Of a stretch of DNA of 63,320 bases, positions 52,019-63,320 are shown piece by piece (the stretch's first letter is position 1; each line of letters starts with the position of its first letter). The DNA comes from Acanthaster planci (lineage: Eukaryota), in NCBI RefSeq assembly GCF_001949145.1, contig NW_019091360.1, forward strand, positions 4,150,693 through 4,214,012, read 5' to 3'. The notes under the pieces are model-generated. The model saw only the letters and a list, made by a program, of their open reading frames with translations, was not told the origin of the DNA and did no database searches. Position numbers and translations under genes: made by a program.

Positions 52019-53460
52019 TTAATGTGAGATGCGTCAACGTCGTACATGTGTATGTGTGGTCAGGCAACTGGCGCTCCTCAACATGACCAGCTGTCGTTGC
52101 ATGCAATTAGGAATCTTCACCGTGCAATCCACCGTGATGATGGAGTGATGTCATGTTTTCATTTGTAAATGTCAATTGTAATTTGTCCCCCCCAAAAAAC
52201 ATTTTAATAAGGAAGGCAACCACTCCCCCCAAATTTTAAAACAAGACCAGAAGCATTTCCAAAAGAAATCAAGACCTAACAAGTTTCATTAAGTACACCC
52301 GCATTAAGTCCAATATCGTTTTCCCAGGGCCATAAAAATAAATTGAAGTCCCCCCCCCCAAAAAAAAACGAATGAAGGAAGTCAAGTTGGTAAACGGTCG
52401 GGTTGTTTGAAATCCGTCACATAAACTGACGGTGCAAACACTCGCAGCAGGCACTATGCCGAAAATCACGTTGGTGCTTGAGAATTCGAGATCTCTCCTG
52501 GAGATTTATGAAGATTTTCCTTGATGTTTGTCAAATCTGATCTTAAATATGCTGAAAAGGAAGAGCAAGAAATTTACAACCTAATTGCAAACATGAAGGT
52601 ACATATATGAGTGGTCTTAACTCGAGGTATGAGTTGTCCAAGGTATGAGTTGCCTATGGTATGAGTCATCCAACGTACCAGTCGACTCGAAAGCCTTTCC
52701 TAATGTACATGTAACAGGTAAGAACATTTCACAAACACCAACTTAAAATTTGAAACTCCTTATTTATGTTATTCAATACATGTACATGTAAGTTTAACTT
52801 CAAGTCAAATAACATTCAAATGTTTGCTGTATGCGCACTAAACTGTCTTTAAAAAATTATGAAGTTATGATTTACTTTCAAAATCAGCCACAGATTCAAA
52901 CTGATGACGAGTAAACTACATGTAGCTGATTTTCAAGACTGTGTTGGAGACTGAACAAATGTAAAAATTATTCAAACTATTTAGTCACCTGTCCTATTGC
53001 GTAATAAAGAAATCATTCATTGAAATAGACATGACTTATCAAATAACAGTGTTACGATGCTCACAGACCAACAAATTACAAGCATTTGACAATCACCAAT
53101 CACACAGACTGATGACACAGAAATGCAAAACAATATTCATGACAGCTGGACAGGAGCTGACACTGGATTTCAAAATTCAAGCCCAAATTAAGCCTAGACT
53201 TTGGCCCATCAAGTAATTGAAGTATCATGCCTATGTTTAGGCCTAGGCCTATATTTAATTGATAGCCTAGGTGTTAATGCTAACACTGGTGACAAAAGTA
53301 TGATATGTTTCTCCTGGAATATCACAAACACTACCACATCTCTAGTCTACGCCGATCATCGGTCATGCCGGTATCAAACTGAATTCAACCTGACGACGAT
53401 AAACGCCCTCCTCCTACATGTCCTACGCTATAGTTTACAGTCATATCGTCCGATACTTAC

Positions 53461-53870
53461 TCCTTAACTGAAGATGGTATAGCCTATAATTTAATTCTCC
53501 ACTCCCACGGAGGGAGATTCACTCTGGAAAGAAGGTAGTGATTCACTGAAATCTTGAAGACTGCTTGTTTGAACCTCTAGCCCATTACTCAAAAGATGAT
53601 TAAACCGTGTTGTGCACAGACGAACGTGTACAATCCAACGGGAAACACCGCACACGTTACCGGTAATATGCCTCGGAGATTCCACGGTAAAATAAGACCT
53701 CGTACGCACTATAGTCACCTCTTGTGCTCTTTTATGCAATGTTCAATAATCATAGCTCTTATGTGTGTGGATAATAGAACTACGTCCCTTCAACTACGAC
53801 ATAAACACTCATACGTTTGATCATCAACGTTCGTCGAGCGCGAAAATTTCAACGTTCGCAACATCCAATA
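53461..53870 (-). other. PPP6R3: Probable non-coding first exon (5'UTR) of the PPP6R3-like gene
   Basis: Minus-strand donor gtaagt (acttac at 53455-53460) lies next to a CpG-richer segment. The ATG exon has its own acceptor at 50767-50768, so an upstream exon is required. The TSS position is approximate. Confidence 0.55.
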
Positions 53871-54530
53871 TGGCGGTTGCGCTGCTGCAGTGATACGAGT
53901 GCGCAACCCATAATACTTTTCGTGTCACGTGATTAGGGTTTCAGCTCATGACGTCATCTAATTTGTTTCATTTCAATTTTTAAGTGTAATTTGAATGGAT
54001 ATTTTCCAAAATGTAAATTTGTGAACAAAAAAATGCTGGTAAATTCAATTTACTCTGTAATAAAACACGCTATTATAACCTACACAGTTACCGTGTAAAA
54101 CTGTGTGTGGAACATACACATTTAATCTTGAACATTTCAAAAAATTTGTTTTGAAGTCCCATAAATCCATACTAAAAGTTTACTTTTATTTCATCAATAC
54201 ACATTTATCTGTAACTGCTTTGGAAATGAGTGTAGACATTTCGTTGTTTACTTCACCATTATTTTCGGGACTTCATTGCCCCACTGATCTATTGAAATCA
54301 TTGACTTCGATATTTAGCTGAGCAATGCAGCCTGGGGACACAGAATTCATATAACAGTCTACAACACAAGCAATAATGTTGAATTTTCTAGGAGGGGAAA
54401 GGTAATAAGGAGTCGTTTTTCAAGGTACCGTATTTGTAAAGAGGTCCATCAAAAGAGTAAATTTTATCGATTTTGCCCACCTCTGTAGAAAAAGCATGGT
54501 CGTAAGGTGACCTATAGAGGGCGCTGTGTA
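53830..54530. promoter_or_regulatory. Bidirectional promoter region between PPP6R3-like (-) and SINHCAF (+)
   Basis: Head-to-head gene arrangement. E2F-like GCGCGAAA 53838-53845, YY1-like CAATATGGCGG 53866-53876, E-box GTCACGTGA 53924-53932, CRE TGACGTCA 53949-53956, CTCF-like CCTATAGAGGGCGCTG 54511-54526. Confidence 0.6.
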
Positions 54531-54618
54531 CACACGATATCAGCGCTTCGTACACAATGCACCGACTGAGCTTTGTCTGCCGCTAACGTGCTCAGGCAGT
54601 AGGCCCATCTGCCAGTTG
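54530..54618 (+). other. SINHCAF: Probable non-coding first exon of SINHCAF
   Basis: CpG-richer segment ending in a strong donor TTG|gtaagt at 54619. The start position is approximate. Confidence 0.45.
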
Positions 54619-56940
54619 GTAAGTGGATATGTTTTTATCATTTTACTTATTTTTACGTAAATTCTAGGCAAGAAAAATTTTGTAACAGGCAAAAACATGG
54701 AAGTAGCTATTGTAATATTAGTGTTAATTTGTCAGTCAACCCAGCACTTCTTTTAAAACAGTTAAAATCCAACTGCAAATTACCGTGAAGTACGATTCTT
54801 TGTTGTACAGTGTGGCTACAAGGTTTGGGGTATGCAAGAATCTTTTTTTTTTTAATTTCCGCTTGAGGATTGTTATTCAAACAGCGTTTGCAGGTTGCCT
54901 CTGACGGCATATTTTGATCAAATCTACCCAACTCCGTATGTTGCCATTCCGATTTACAGGAATATGACCCTATTTGGGTACAGCATTTTGCTGGGTCCCC
55001 GTGAAGCCTCGAGTTGTAATTGACCCGGACTGTGACACGGCCCCAATCTAGTGTCGTGGGGGGTACATGGCGCGTGCGGGACACGTGTCATGTTGATAAC
55101 TGTGTGCTGTCTGTTGAGACACAAAGCCCGTGCCACACAGCATAAGAGTCTTTGTGCTAGCATATCGGCTTTGTAGAAATAGCAAATTTCGGTTTTATTT
55201 GTTAGGCTGTCTATAATTATTCTCAAAGTCTTGTTGCAATCTGTATGAACAAAAATTAAAAGCATCATGGCATCGTGATAGTCATTTTCACACACGACCG
55301 ATGACTTTGCCTATTAACAATGACGATGCAATACATGTAGCTATAGCCAACTATGTCGTAAACAACTATTACTCTATAAATGTTCATGATGATAGCAGGA
55401 GTGCTGTGTGTCAGCCATGGTGAATATTAAAGCAAACTGCACTAGACAAACATTTAGTAAAGAAAACACTGTAATAAACTTCGACCAACGCGGATAATAA
55501 ATTGAAATCCCAGTCTGTTAGTCATACGAAAGACAAAAATCAAAACAAAGATATTTTGACCTTAAATAATGAAAATCAAACAACGAACCCAAGGTTTGGC
55601 CTTCACATATGGTGGAATTCATAATTTGGTCTAAGTCTGAACTGTAGTTTGGTGTAAATGTGGAATCGTGTAAAGCCTGCCCTCGTGGGCACATCCAGGG
55701 AAACTAAAGGGGTCAAACACCCACCCAAAAAAGGAGGCGTTTATGGAGAGAAAGGCGATTTGCCAAGTTGGGGGGGGGGGCTGTTTAACCCCCCCCCAAA
55801 AAAAAGCCGTAAACAAAGCCCCCAATTATAGCCAAAACCCTCCGAGGCCATACAATTTTACATAAACAACTTCCACATTTTGCCCCCGAGCTCCGCCCCC
55901 CCCCCAAAAAAAATAAATTAAAAAAATGTTAAAACATTGACTCCCCGAAATTTCTGTCCTGCGTGGGTCCGTCCTTACCTGTCCAATGATGTAGGGACAA
56001 AAAGGACGTACATTAAGACACATCACATAGTTATTTTTAAACATGTCCACATCGTACTGTACCATGATAATTGTGTCTTTCCAAATTCGGTCATAATGGT
56101 GACATTAGGATATAGGCTATGTTTTAACTACAAACTTTTATGATTATTATCACAAGGGCAGTAAACGCACTCAGTATTTCAGTGACCCGGCTACCCTCTG
56201 TTTGACCCAAGGTACAGGCTTAGGCGTATACCCCACGCAAGTTTGGCTCTTAATTTCTTTGTCCCGTCTTTGTCCTGCCCAGTAGCTGAAAACGTACCCT
56301 TCACCACCTGTTCTTATTCACGCTTGACTAGTCATTGACAAACAAGGCACGTGCCGGTGTATAATTGGATTCAATTCTAAGAGTTGTATAAAAGAAAATA
56401 CAGAAGTTAGAAGTCCCCGTATATAATGTGCAATTACTTTTTCCATTGTTCGTGCATAGGTCCTAAGACTGTCACATTAAACAAAATGGAGAAACAAAGG
56501 TTATTGTAAACTAAAATGATGTAGATTTCGCAAGCTATCGTTAAAATTCCACGTGACTATGACAATTTGTCACGTGTTGCTGGAGACTCATTGCACGTTT
56601 ACAGTCGTCAATGTTTTATGCTCAGTAACATTTTGTCATTGCTTACAATAAGGTATTACGTCAACGCCGAATACATGGGCATGGAGAAAAATGTATTGCT
56701 GTGCGTACTTTAAGTCTTGATTTTCATGTCCTTTACGAATTTTAACAGCATGAGAAATTGTGTGGGTTTCCCCGTTCACATTTGCTCTGAAATCACTCAA
56801 GTTCACAGATCCTAGTGGTGGAAGTGTTTCCATGTTTGTGCTTTCTTTTGATGCAGTCCAGGGGTCCTTGAAAGTGGAGCTGAGATTTCTCTGCCGAGAA
56901 AACGACACTAAACCCACGCAACTTGCCATACATTTCAGCC

Positions 56941-58679
56941 ATGTTTGCTTTCCATCGACCGAAGATTTACCGCAGTATCAACGGCTGTTGCATTTGCAAA
57001 GCCAAGTCATCAAGTTCAAGGTTTACAGGTAAGTTTACTTTCAATTCAGAAATTTAACAGACCTCTAAAAAATTCTCGATATCGCATGTCACATACATCC
57101 ATAAAATCGTCTGCATGGCACTGTTTTTTACACTTATTGTATATCCTTTTCGCAAATTACAGATAGTAAAAAATATGAGAATGAGTTTCAGCTATGTTTC
57201 AACCTTGGCGAAGACCAGAAACGCGCCGGAGAGATATGTAATGCTTGCGTCCTGCTGATCAAACGATGGAAGAAGTTACCAAAAGGAACAGAGAGAAACT
57301 GGAATCATGTGAGGGTTCTCGATACTTACATTTCTGAGTCTGGCATCTTTCCTAACAGGAGATTGCTAGGTACTCAACCCGTTTTGTTGTAATTTGTTTT
57401 CAATTTCACTTTTCAGATTAACTTTTTTCAGGCTGTCACAATCTGTACTTTTTATTTTTTGTCGAAGGTTGTGGATGCACGAGCTGGTCCGGGAGGCAAA
57501 AGTCTCTTGCGGAGTAAATTAAAGCACACACCAGTCAAATCACCGCAATCAAGTCATGGATGTTGCAACCTGAGGAAACGTAAACATCGAAGTACTGAAG
57601 GCATCCGCAAAATGAGGCTTATGGATAGATTATCACATCCTACCAGAGAGGGTAATTAGGCCTATTCTTTCTTAATTTGTCACCAAGTGGAGGAAGAACG
57701 TTAATTCTACCAATGAACCCCATTTTCTTGTGATACTTTTATGGTCAATTCAGGAGAATTCTCGTGTTTAATCGTCACGCTCTTCTTAATTGACTGCGTT
57801 GAAGTGGATGGAAATACCTTGTAACATTGTAAAATTTTGACCTGATCTTTTAAATCTGTGAACTCAAGAATTAATGTTTGTTTGCAGATGCAGATAAAGC
57901 GCCGCTGAGTCCAACAGCCAGTGAGAGCTCCGTCGATGATCTGGAGGACCTTAGGAGTAGGAATGGTATTGAGATGATGACGGCTAAAGAACGATTCGAT
58001 CTCCCGCCATCATTGCAGGCAATAATTGACACGACTTACTGGAAAATGTAAGGCTCAGAAATTGCATATTGTATAATAATTGTTTGAAAGATCGAAAGGG
58101 AATTAAAGCCGGTAATTTTTAAAGCCATACGTACTCCCAGTGTTTTCTTTGTCACATTAATGGCGCCCATTACTGTCAACTACTTATGAGGGGACGAGGA
58201 TAGCTACGGAGAGAGATTAATTTTGGAAGGGTCTCATCAGAACGACTGCATTGTTTGGATCAGGCAACTAGGCACATGACCACCATGCTGAAGCAAAGAA
58301 TAAAATGTAACTTTTGTGACTAAAATATCAATCGTGTCTTACCATCGTTCTTTTTTCCTCATATGCCAGGGAGCACATCTGTTGCGGTACTATCTTCAAG
58401 GGAAGCAGAGGTGAGGTACTCATTGAACCCACCCTCTTTAAACCCTGTACATCATGCGCTGTATCTTCGACACCACCCTGCGCCACGTACAAGACGGCCG
58501 ATGTGAACAGAGATGCACGGCCCGACAGCCTGGGTAGCGACGACTCGCTGGATATTTCGGATCGTGAGATGGATGAATGCGCGGCCGACGACGAAACCAC
58601 GAGTACAGAAGGTGACGTGTTGGATTCGCTGATGGGTTTGTCCGGGGTAGCGACACTAAAAAAAGGCGTGGTCGTTTAG
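56941..58679 (+). CDS. SINHCAF: SIN3-HDAC complex-associated factor (FAM60A), about 295 aa. Coding exons: 56941-57028, 57163-57308, 57468-57651, 57888-58047, 58370-58679
   Basis: MFAFHRPKIYRSINGCCICKAKSSSSRFTDSKKYE..GEICNACVLLIKRWKKLPKGTERNWNHVVDARAGP and YWKMEHICCGTIFKGSRGEVLIEPTLFKPC match the conserved FAM60A N- and C-terminal blocks. Splice phases are consistent. The ORF track mostly misses this gene. Confidence 0.95.
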
Positions 58680-60517
58680 GGTGTGGTCAAACGGTAGGAG
58701 CTTGATAAGTGCATTAGAGTTCACAGCAGAAACTCTAAGTCTAGAACATTTCGTTCCAAGCATTAAACTTGAGTTTTCGAAAAGCAGTTTTCTGCAATTG
58801 TGATGTAAACAAATTCAAAAGAAAATAACAAAAATCATGAAATAATATGGACAAAATCAGAGGATTAGCAGCTGATATCCATGAATTGGCAACTCGCGCA
58901 CATTACAAAATTAAAAAGCATTCCATTTTTATACTTAAAACAATTCCTTGTCCCAGTGCTTCCAACGTTATAAGACTACCTCCAAAACTAAGATGCAATT
59001 TCTTTGAAAAGTTACAACCACTAAACAGCACCTGAACAGCAGAAAATGCGATTATTCCTTTCAAACTTGTATTTTTCATCAGTACAAGTTAGATTTGATT
59101 AACTTATTCATTTGTCGAATGGGGTCGACACTACTTCAATCGTACATTAAAATGAAAAGGTTACACTCAGTTTAAATGACTCAGTGAAACTCCCAACCGT
59201 TATTAACAGTCCATGCATTTGTAGTTTGATTCATTTTTTTTTAAAGATTTGCCTTACAAAGGTTCCTTCTATGCAGGAAAACCTTGTGCTTTTTGAAAGC
59301 CGCGGTGCACTTGAACCCGACAATCAGCCAAAAACTAATACATGTCGAAAAAAACATTCTGCCATTTTTCCAAATGACTCATTGTGCTGTAAAATATGAG
59401 GGTCATTCCATAGGGTGTACATATATATTTATTAGATGTTAACTAAAATTAACAAATAAGACTGATTTGGGGGGGGGGTCCAGACAAACAATGTCAGTGT
59501 TTTAAGAGGCTCCAATGATGTAGCTTGCTGAGTTTGACCCAAAAAGCAGTGGAGCCAATATTCATGTCACAACTCACATCAAATGTTGCCTATGATTTAC
59601 TTTTCTGTAGAAATCTTAGTGCCTCCATCATAGACAAATCAACTACTGATGGACACATGTATTTATAAGGTCATAATATGCAATGAGATATATGTTTGTG
59701 GTGCTGTATATAAGCTTTGTATGAAAAGTGTCATGTTGTTACTGTGCATGTGAGCGTGGTTCAGTTCATAGCACACAACGGGGGAAGAGTGTACACATTT
59801 AAAACAATGGCAACAATAATTGAATGTTGTTTACCAGTGGAGGTAGAACTGATGTTTCTCTATGTAAATCACTTATGCAAGCTGCTTATGTGTTTACTAT
59901 GTTTATTACTGAAGTATGGTGCCGCATTGTGTGCGTAATGTATCTTTGTAGTCAGTATTTGTATTCCAGTAAAGTGATTTGTCAACTATTAAAAGTACAG
60001 TCAACAAAGATTTATACAATCAGTACCTTTCTCAATTGCTTTCATTCAAGAAATTTTAACAAAACTTTCTTCATAACTAATGCTAAAAAGGGAAAGTGCA
60101 CACTTGTACACATATTCCTCAAGATTGGAAATTCTACAAGAAGCTCATTAAAAAACCACAATGCACCTTTAGAAATGAGATACAAATTATATAAACTTCA
60201 TACGCTAAACATTTTTATATAAAATTCCTTTTTACATTGTTGATTACTTCTTGGTAAACATTTCAAATCAGCAGTCTGATAAGATGCATAGCTAACTGGC
60301 ATTTGTCATGACTGACTTGATCTGGTCCCTCTTGGATTCTCATAGGCAATGCATTCAACTTTGAAGTTTTATAGTTAAACTTATTACATAGAATTTCACA
60401 ACAAATGTCAAGAAAATGATAGCCAGTAGTATTGAGGCAGCAGAATCAATGGCGATGGTCACTGGTCTGCTTATGAAGAAGTATCACAATGAAGAATTCA
60501 CATTTTTGTGACTATAC

Positions 60518-60693
60518 AATACGGCCGTTTCACAATAGTGCGCCACCAAGAGTTTGCAACGCGTTGGCCAATCACAATGTGCGAAATTTGTCAACCCAAT
60601 GCACGTTTGAAAATGGTCGACAAATTTCGTGCGTTATGGTTGGCCAGCGTGTTGCAAACTCTTGGTGGTGCACTATTGTGAATCGTCCGTATT
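60518..60693. mobile_element. Near-fully palindromic MITE
   Basis: aatacggccgtttcacaatagtgcgccaccaagagtttgcaac / gttgcaaactcttggtggtgcactattgtgaatcgtccgtatt. The arms are about 75 bp. Confidence 0.8.
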
Positions 60694-61447
60694 CAAATCA
60701 CATTTCCCAAACAAAGCGCTGTAGGATGTTGTGTTACTGTGAAGCAGAATCTACACTGGAATGCAATATGGTCCTTCTTGAGGAATGACAACTTGACATG
60801 CTATTGAGGACATGCTGGAATCCCAAGCCCTTTTGCAATAAACAGACCTATTGCTGCATCAACCACAAGAGGGCACTCTTTACCTGCTAATAATATATAT
60901 TGGAGGAATGGAACAACAACATACATATATATGTCATTAATATTTGCATATGCATGAGTAATTTCTAAGTGACATGCACATACCCAGAGCATCTTGAGTA
61001 GGAACCAGGTGTATGACAACAGAGATGACTAAGCTTTTATTTTCATTGCCAGTAAAGGCGTACTTATCAATTCCACAGCCTTTTGCCAAATCAGCTTGAA
61101 TTCCCATCCAACTCTTCTCATCATGTCCAATCTGAACATTGTTCATAGTACTTCAGACGATCTGGTTATAATTCCCACTAAAAGTATTCAATCCGGTGAA
61201 AAATCTCAGCAGATCTCAAACTACGAGTCTAACGTTCCTGAAGCTAACTTACAGATAATGCAGCAAACGTGAATTTATGCAATTGTATTGGAAAATAGAA
61301 CATCTAGAATCTTAGCAGCTCATCTGATGGGGAACAACTCTGCACTAAAACAGCATTTCTACATTTAGCCAATGACAGAGCAGGTGTTTCAGATCACAGC
61401 TTTAATCTACCTCAGAAGCCACTGCGACACAAATGCCCCTGACTTTC

Positions 61448-63123
61448 TTAAGACTGCTTGTCCTTGTTCAGGATCCAGACACCAATGTTGAGAGTAGAAG
61501 CAAGGCTTATCCAGCCCAGCAATGGGAAGAGAAGCTTGCTAGCTGTCTGATTAATTGGCCAGAACAGGTATGTAGTCACACCTGTCACCCCAAGGTACAT
61601 CAGAATCTCTATGGCAGCCTGTGTGAAAAAGAGAAAAGCCAAGTGAACAGCTCATCTGTAGTGTGAATGTAATGGTTAACCAAGCACAACCTAGCCAATC
61701 TATGGAAGCCTGTTTGAAAATGACAAAAGACTAGGCCTCTACAGTAATAAGCAAATCTACTGGTGGAATTTTCACAAGAACTCTCAGTCTACAGTTGGGA
61801 GCTAATAGAAAGTGAAGCAACTGATGTTGGTCTTTAGCAATATCCGAAACAGTATACATGAAAACATTCTAAAGGCCCTGTACTAGGTGTCACTATGCTT
61901 TGGATCCTTAATGTATGCCAACTGTGGTCATCACAGGCTTCCTGTGAGGTCTGGTAGGATGATACCAGGACTCGAATTTTGACGTTTCTTGGAGGGGGGA
62001 TTACCATTTTGGCCTCAGGAATGGGATATTTTAAGGAGCACTGAGGCAAACAACAGGGGCAACGAGGCCACACCTTTTACAGAGAAAAGGCACTGAGGCC
62101 AAGATGTGAAATATTCTGCAAAACAAGTTTTAAAAAGGAAACATAAGAAAAATAGTGTTTTATGTGCTCAAGCTATCATAATTAAATATGGTTTGTAGGC
62201 CTACATGCATGTTTTTGACAAAACAACCTCTTACAGGATGTAACATGCAGATTTTCTAACAAAGCATTTTTAATTAGACAAAATTAAATCATACAAAAGG
62301 ATTCCAGAAAATTAAAAAAAGAAAACTTCTTTTGTTTCCATTTTGAAACACCTTTTTCACTAGCACAGCGCGAGCATACCAACCATATCCCCCTGCATGG
62401 CAAAGTTGACCGACCCATTAGGCCACATAAAAATCAGTTACGCACATATAGTTGAGTGTGCGATGTGCTGCATACGTGCTCTGAAACGAGGAAAAAAATA
62501 TAGACAATAGACCTAGCCATAGCTCTGGAAAGCCCTTTTGGACACGGCCTAAGTCTCATGTCTACCCATACATCGGCGAAGCTGCTGCACATTATGCCAG
62601 GCTAGGATGGCTGGCTGCCACGCAACTACAAATGCTTGCAGCAAGAAGAACAGAGCTGCAGGACAAGCTACAGGCACGTTAATGAGCTGTACCCAAACAA
62701 GCCAGATATGGTGCAGTGCAGCCAGGTCTGCTGGCTCAGCTGGCCTGGCCATGCACCCACGTGGCATGAAGACGATCGTGCACTGCAGACCGCACCACGA
62801 AATATATTTACATGAATTAGAGGTGGGAAACATATGGGAAAAAAAGGGTATTGTTTCAAGGGGCACCACTGCTAGGTAAAATGGGTAACGCGGCCGACAA
62901 AGTGGAAATTTTCTGGGCACCGTGGCCAATTGTAAGGGCACCGAATGCTATGGCTACAGCGGCTGAGGTAAAATTTGAGCCTCGTGATACCATTTGTCGG
63001 CAATTTTGATAAGCCTTACCAGGCCTTTGAGGTGGTACTGAAAGAAAAGTGGGGTCCAAATCCAGTTGAGAGCCAGTGATGCACCGTACATTCCAAGAGG
63101 AACCATAGCACCGTCAAATCCAC
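61448..63123 (-). CDS. TSPO: Translocator protein (TspO/MBR family), last two coding exons 63020-63123 and 61448-61618; 5' part outside the window
   Basis: GGFDGAMVPLGMYGASLALNWIWTPLFFQYHLKGL|AAIEILMYLGVTGVTTYLFWPINQTASKLLFPLLGWISLASTLNIGVWILNKDKQS*. The LALNWxWTPxFF motif is diagnostic. GT-AG intron. Confidence 0.9.
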
Positions 63124-63320
63124 CTGCAAAAAAATGAACATGCTACTTTCATCTTCCTCTCCACTAAAACAACAACAACGCTTACACTGTTCGTGAAACC
63201 TTCACTGGAAACTAACATCGATTAAAAAATAAACTTATTTGTAACATCCTTCTGCATGAAACCAGTTATGAAACACAACTTGAAAAAGGTTAGATTTGGT
63301 TTAAGAGATAGTCTGTGTTA

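Larger units (their letters stand above)
51284..52679. mobile_element. Foldback-like DNA element with subterminal tandem repeats, hosting two nested MITEs
   Basis: Left end has (ggacaactcgtacc)n at 51284-51410. Right end has the inverted (ggtatgagttgtcc)n at 52626-52679. Confidence 0.6.

Noticed and set aside
53108..53130. CTGATGA..GAAA hammerhead-like string
   Set aside because: Only 4 nt between the boxes, so stem II cannot form.
56760..57032. 90-aa ORF overlapping SINHCAF exon
   Set aside because: It is the alternative frame of the real FAM60A exon starting at 56941.
60801..61146. Possible small spliced ORF downstream of TSPO
   Set aside because: No recognisable homology. It contains the likely TSPO polyadenylation signal (61036-61041), and the frame match can be chance.

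Overview
Eukaryotic, intron-rich animal DNA. It is AT-rich with abundant TACATGTA and many palindromic MITEs, which suggests a marine invertebrate deuterostome such as an echinoderm (inference). Four spliced protein-coding genes were rebuilt by hand with consistent GT-AG splice phases. (1) A 5'-truncated SLC4 anion exchanger, AE2/band-3-like (+, <1-13679, 19 visible exons). (2) A complete SAPS-domain PP6 regulatory subunit, PPP6R3-like (-, CDS 25360-50746, 22 coding exons, about 1047 aa). (3) SINHCAF/FAM60A (+, CDS 56941-58679, about 295 aa), head-to-head with PPP6R3 across a motif-rich promoter. (4) The last two exons of TSPO (-). Most entries in the ORF track are spurious. The most interesting non-genic signals are: a nested-palindrome island at about 17.7-18.8 kb carrying a pair of inverted minimal hammerhead-ribozyme motifs of the Penelope type; several candidate regulated splicing events in PPP6R3 (a 9-nt microexon, a frameshifting exon overlapped by a perfect 17-bp inverted repeat, a 117-nt cassette, an AG|GT site); and a tandemly duplicated cassette exon in the SLC4 gene. 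No prokaryotic-type system such as CRISPR or an operon is present.
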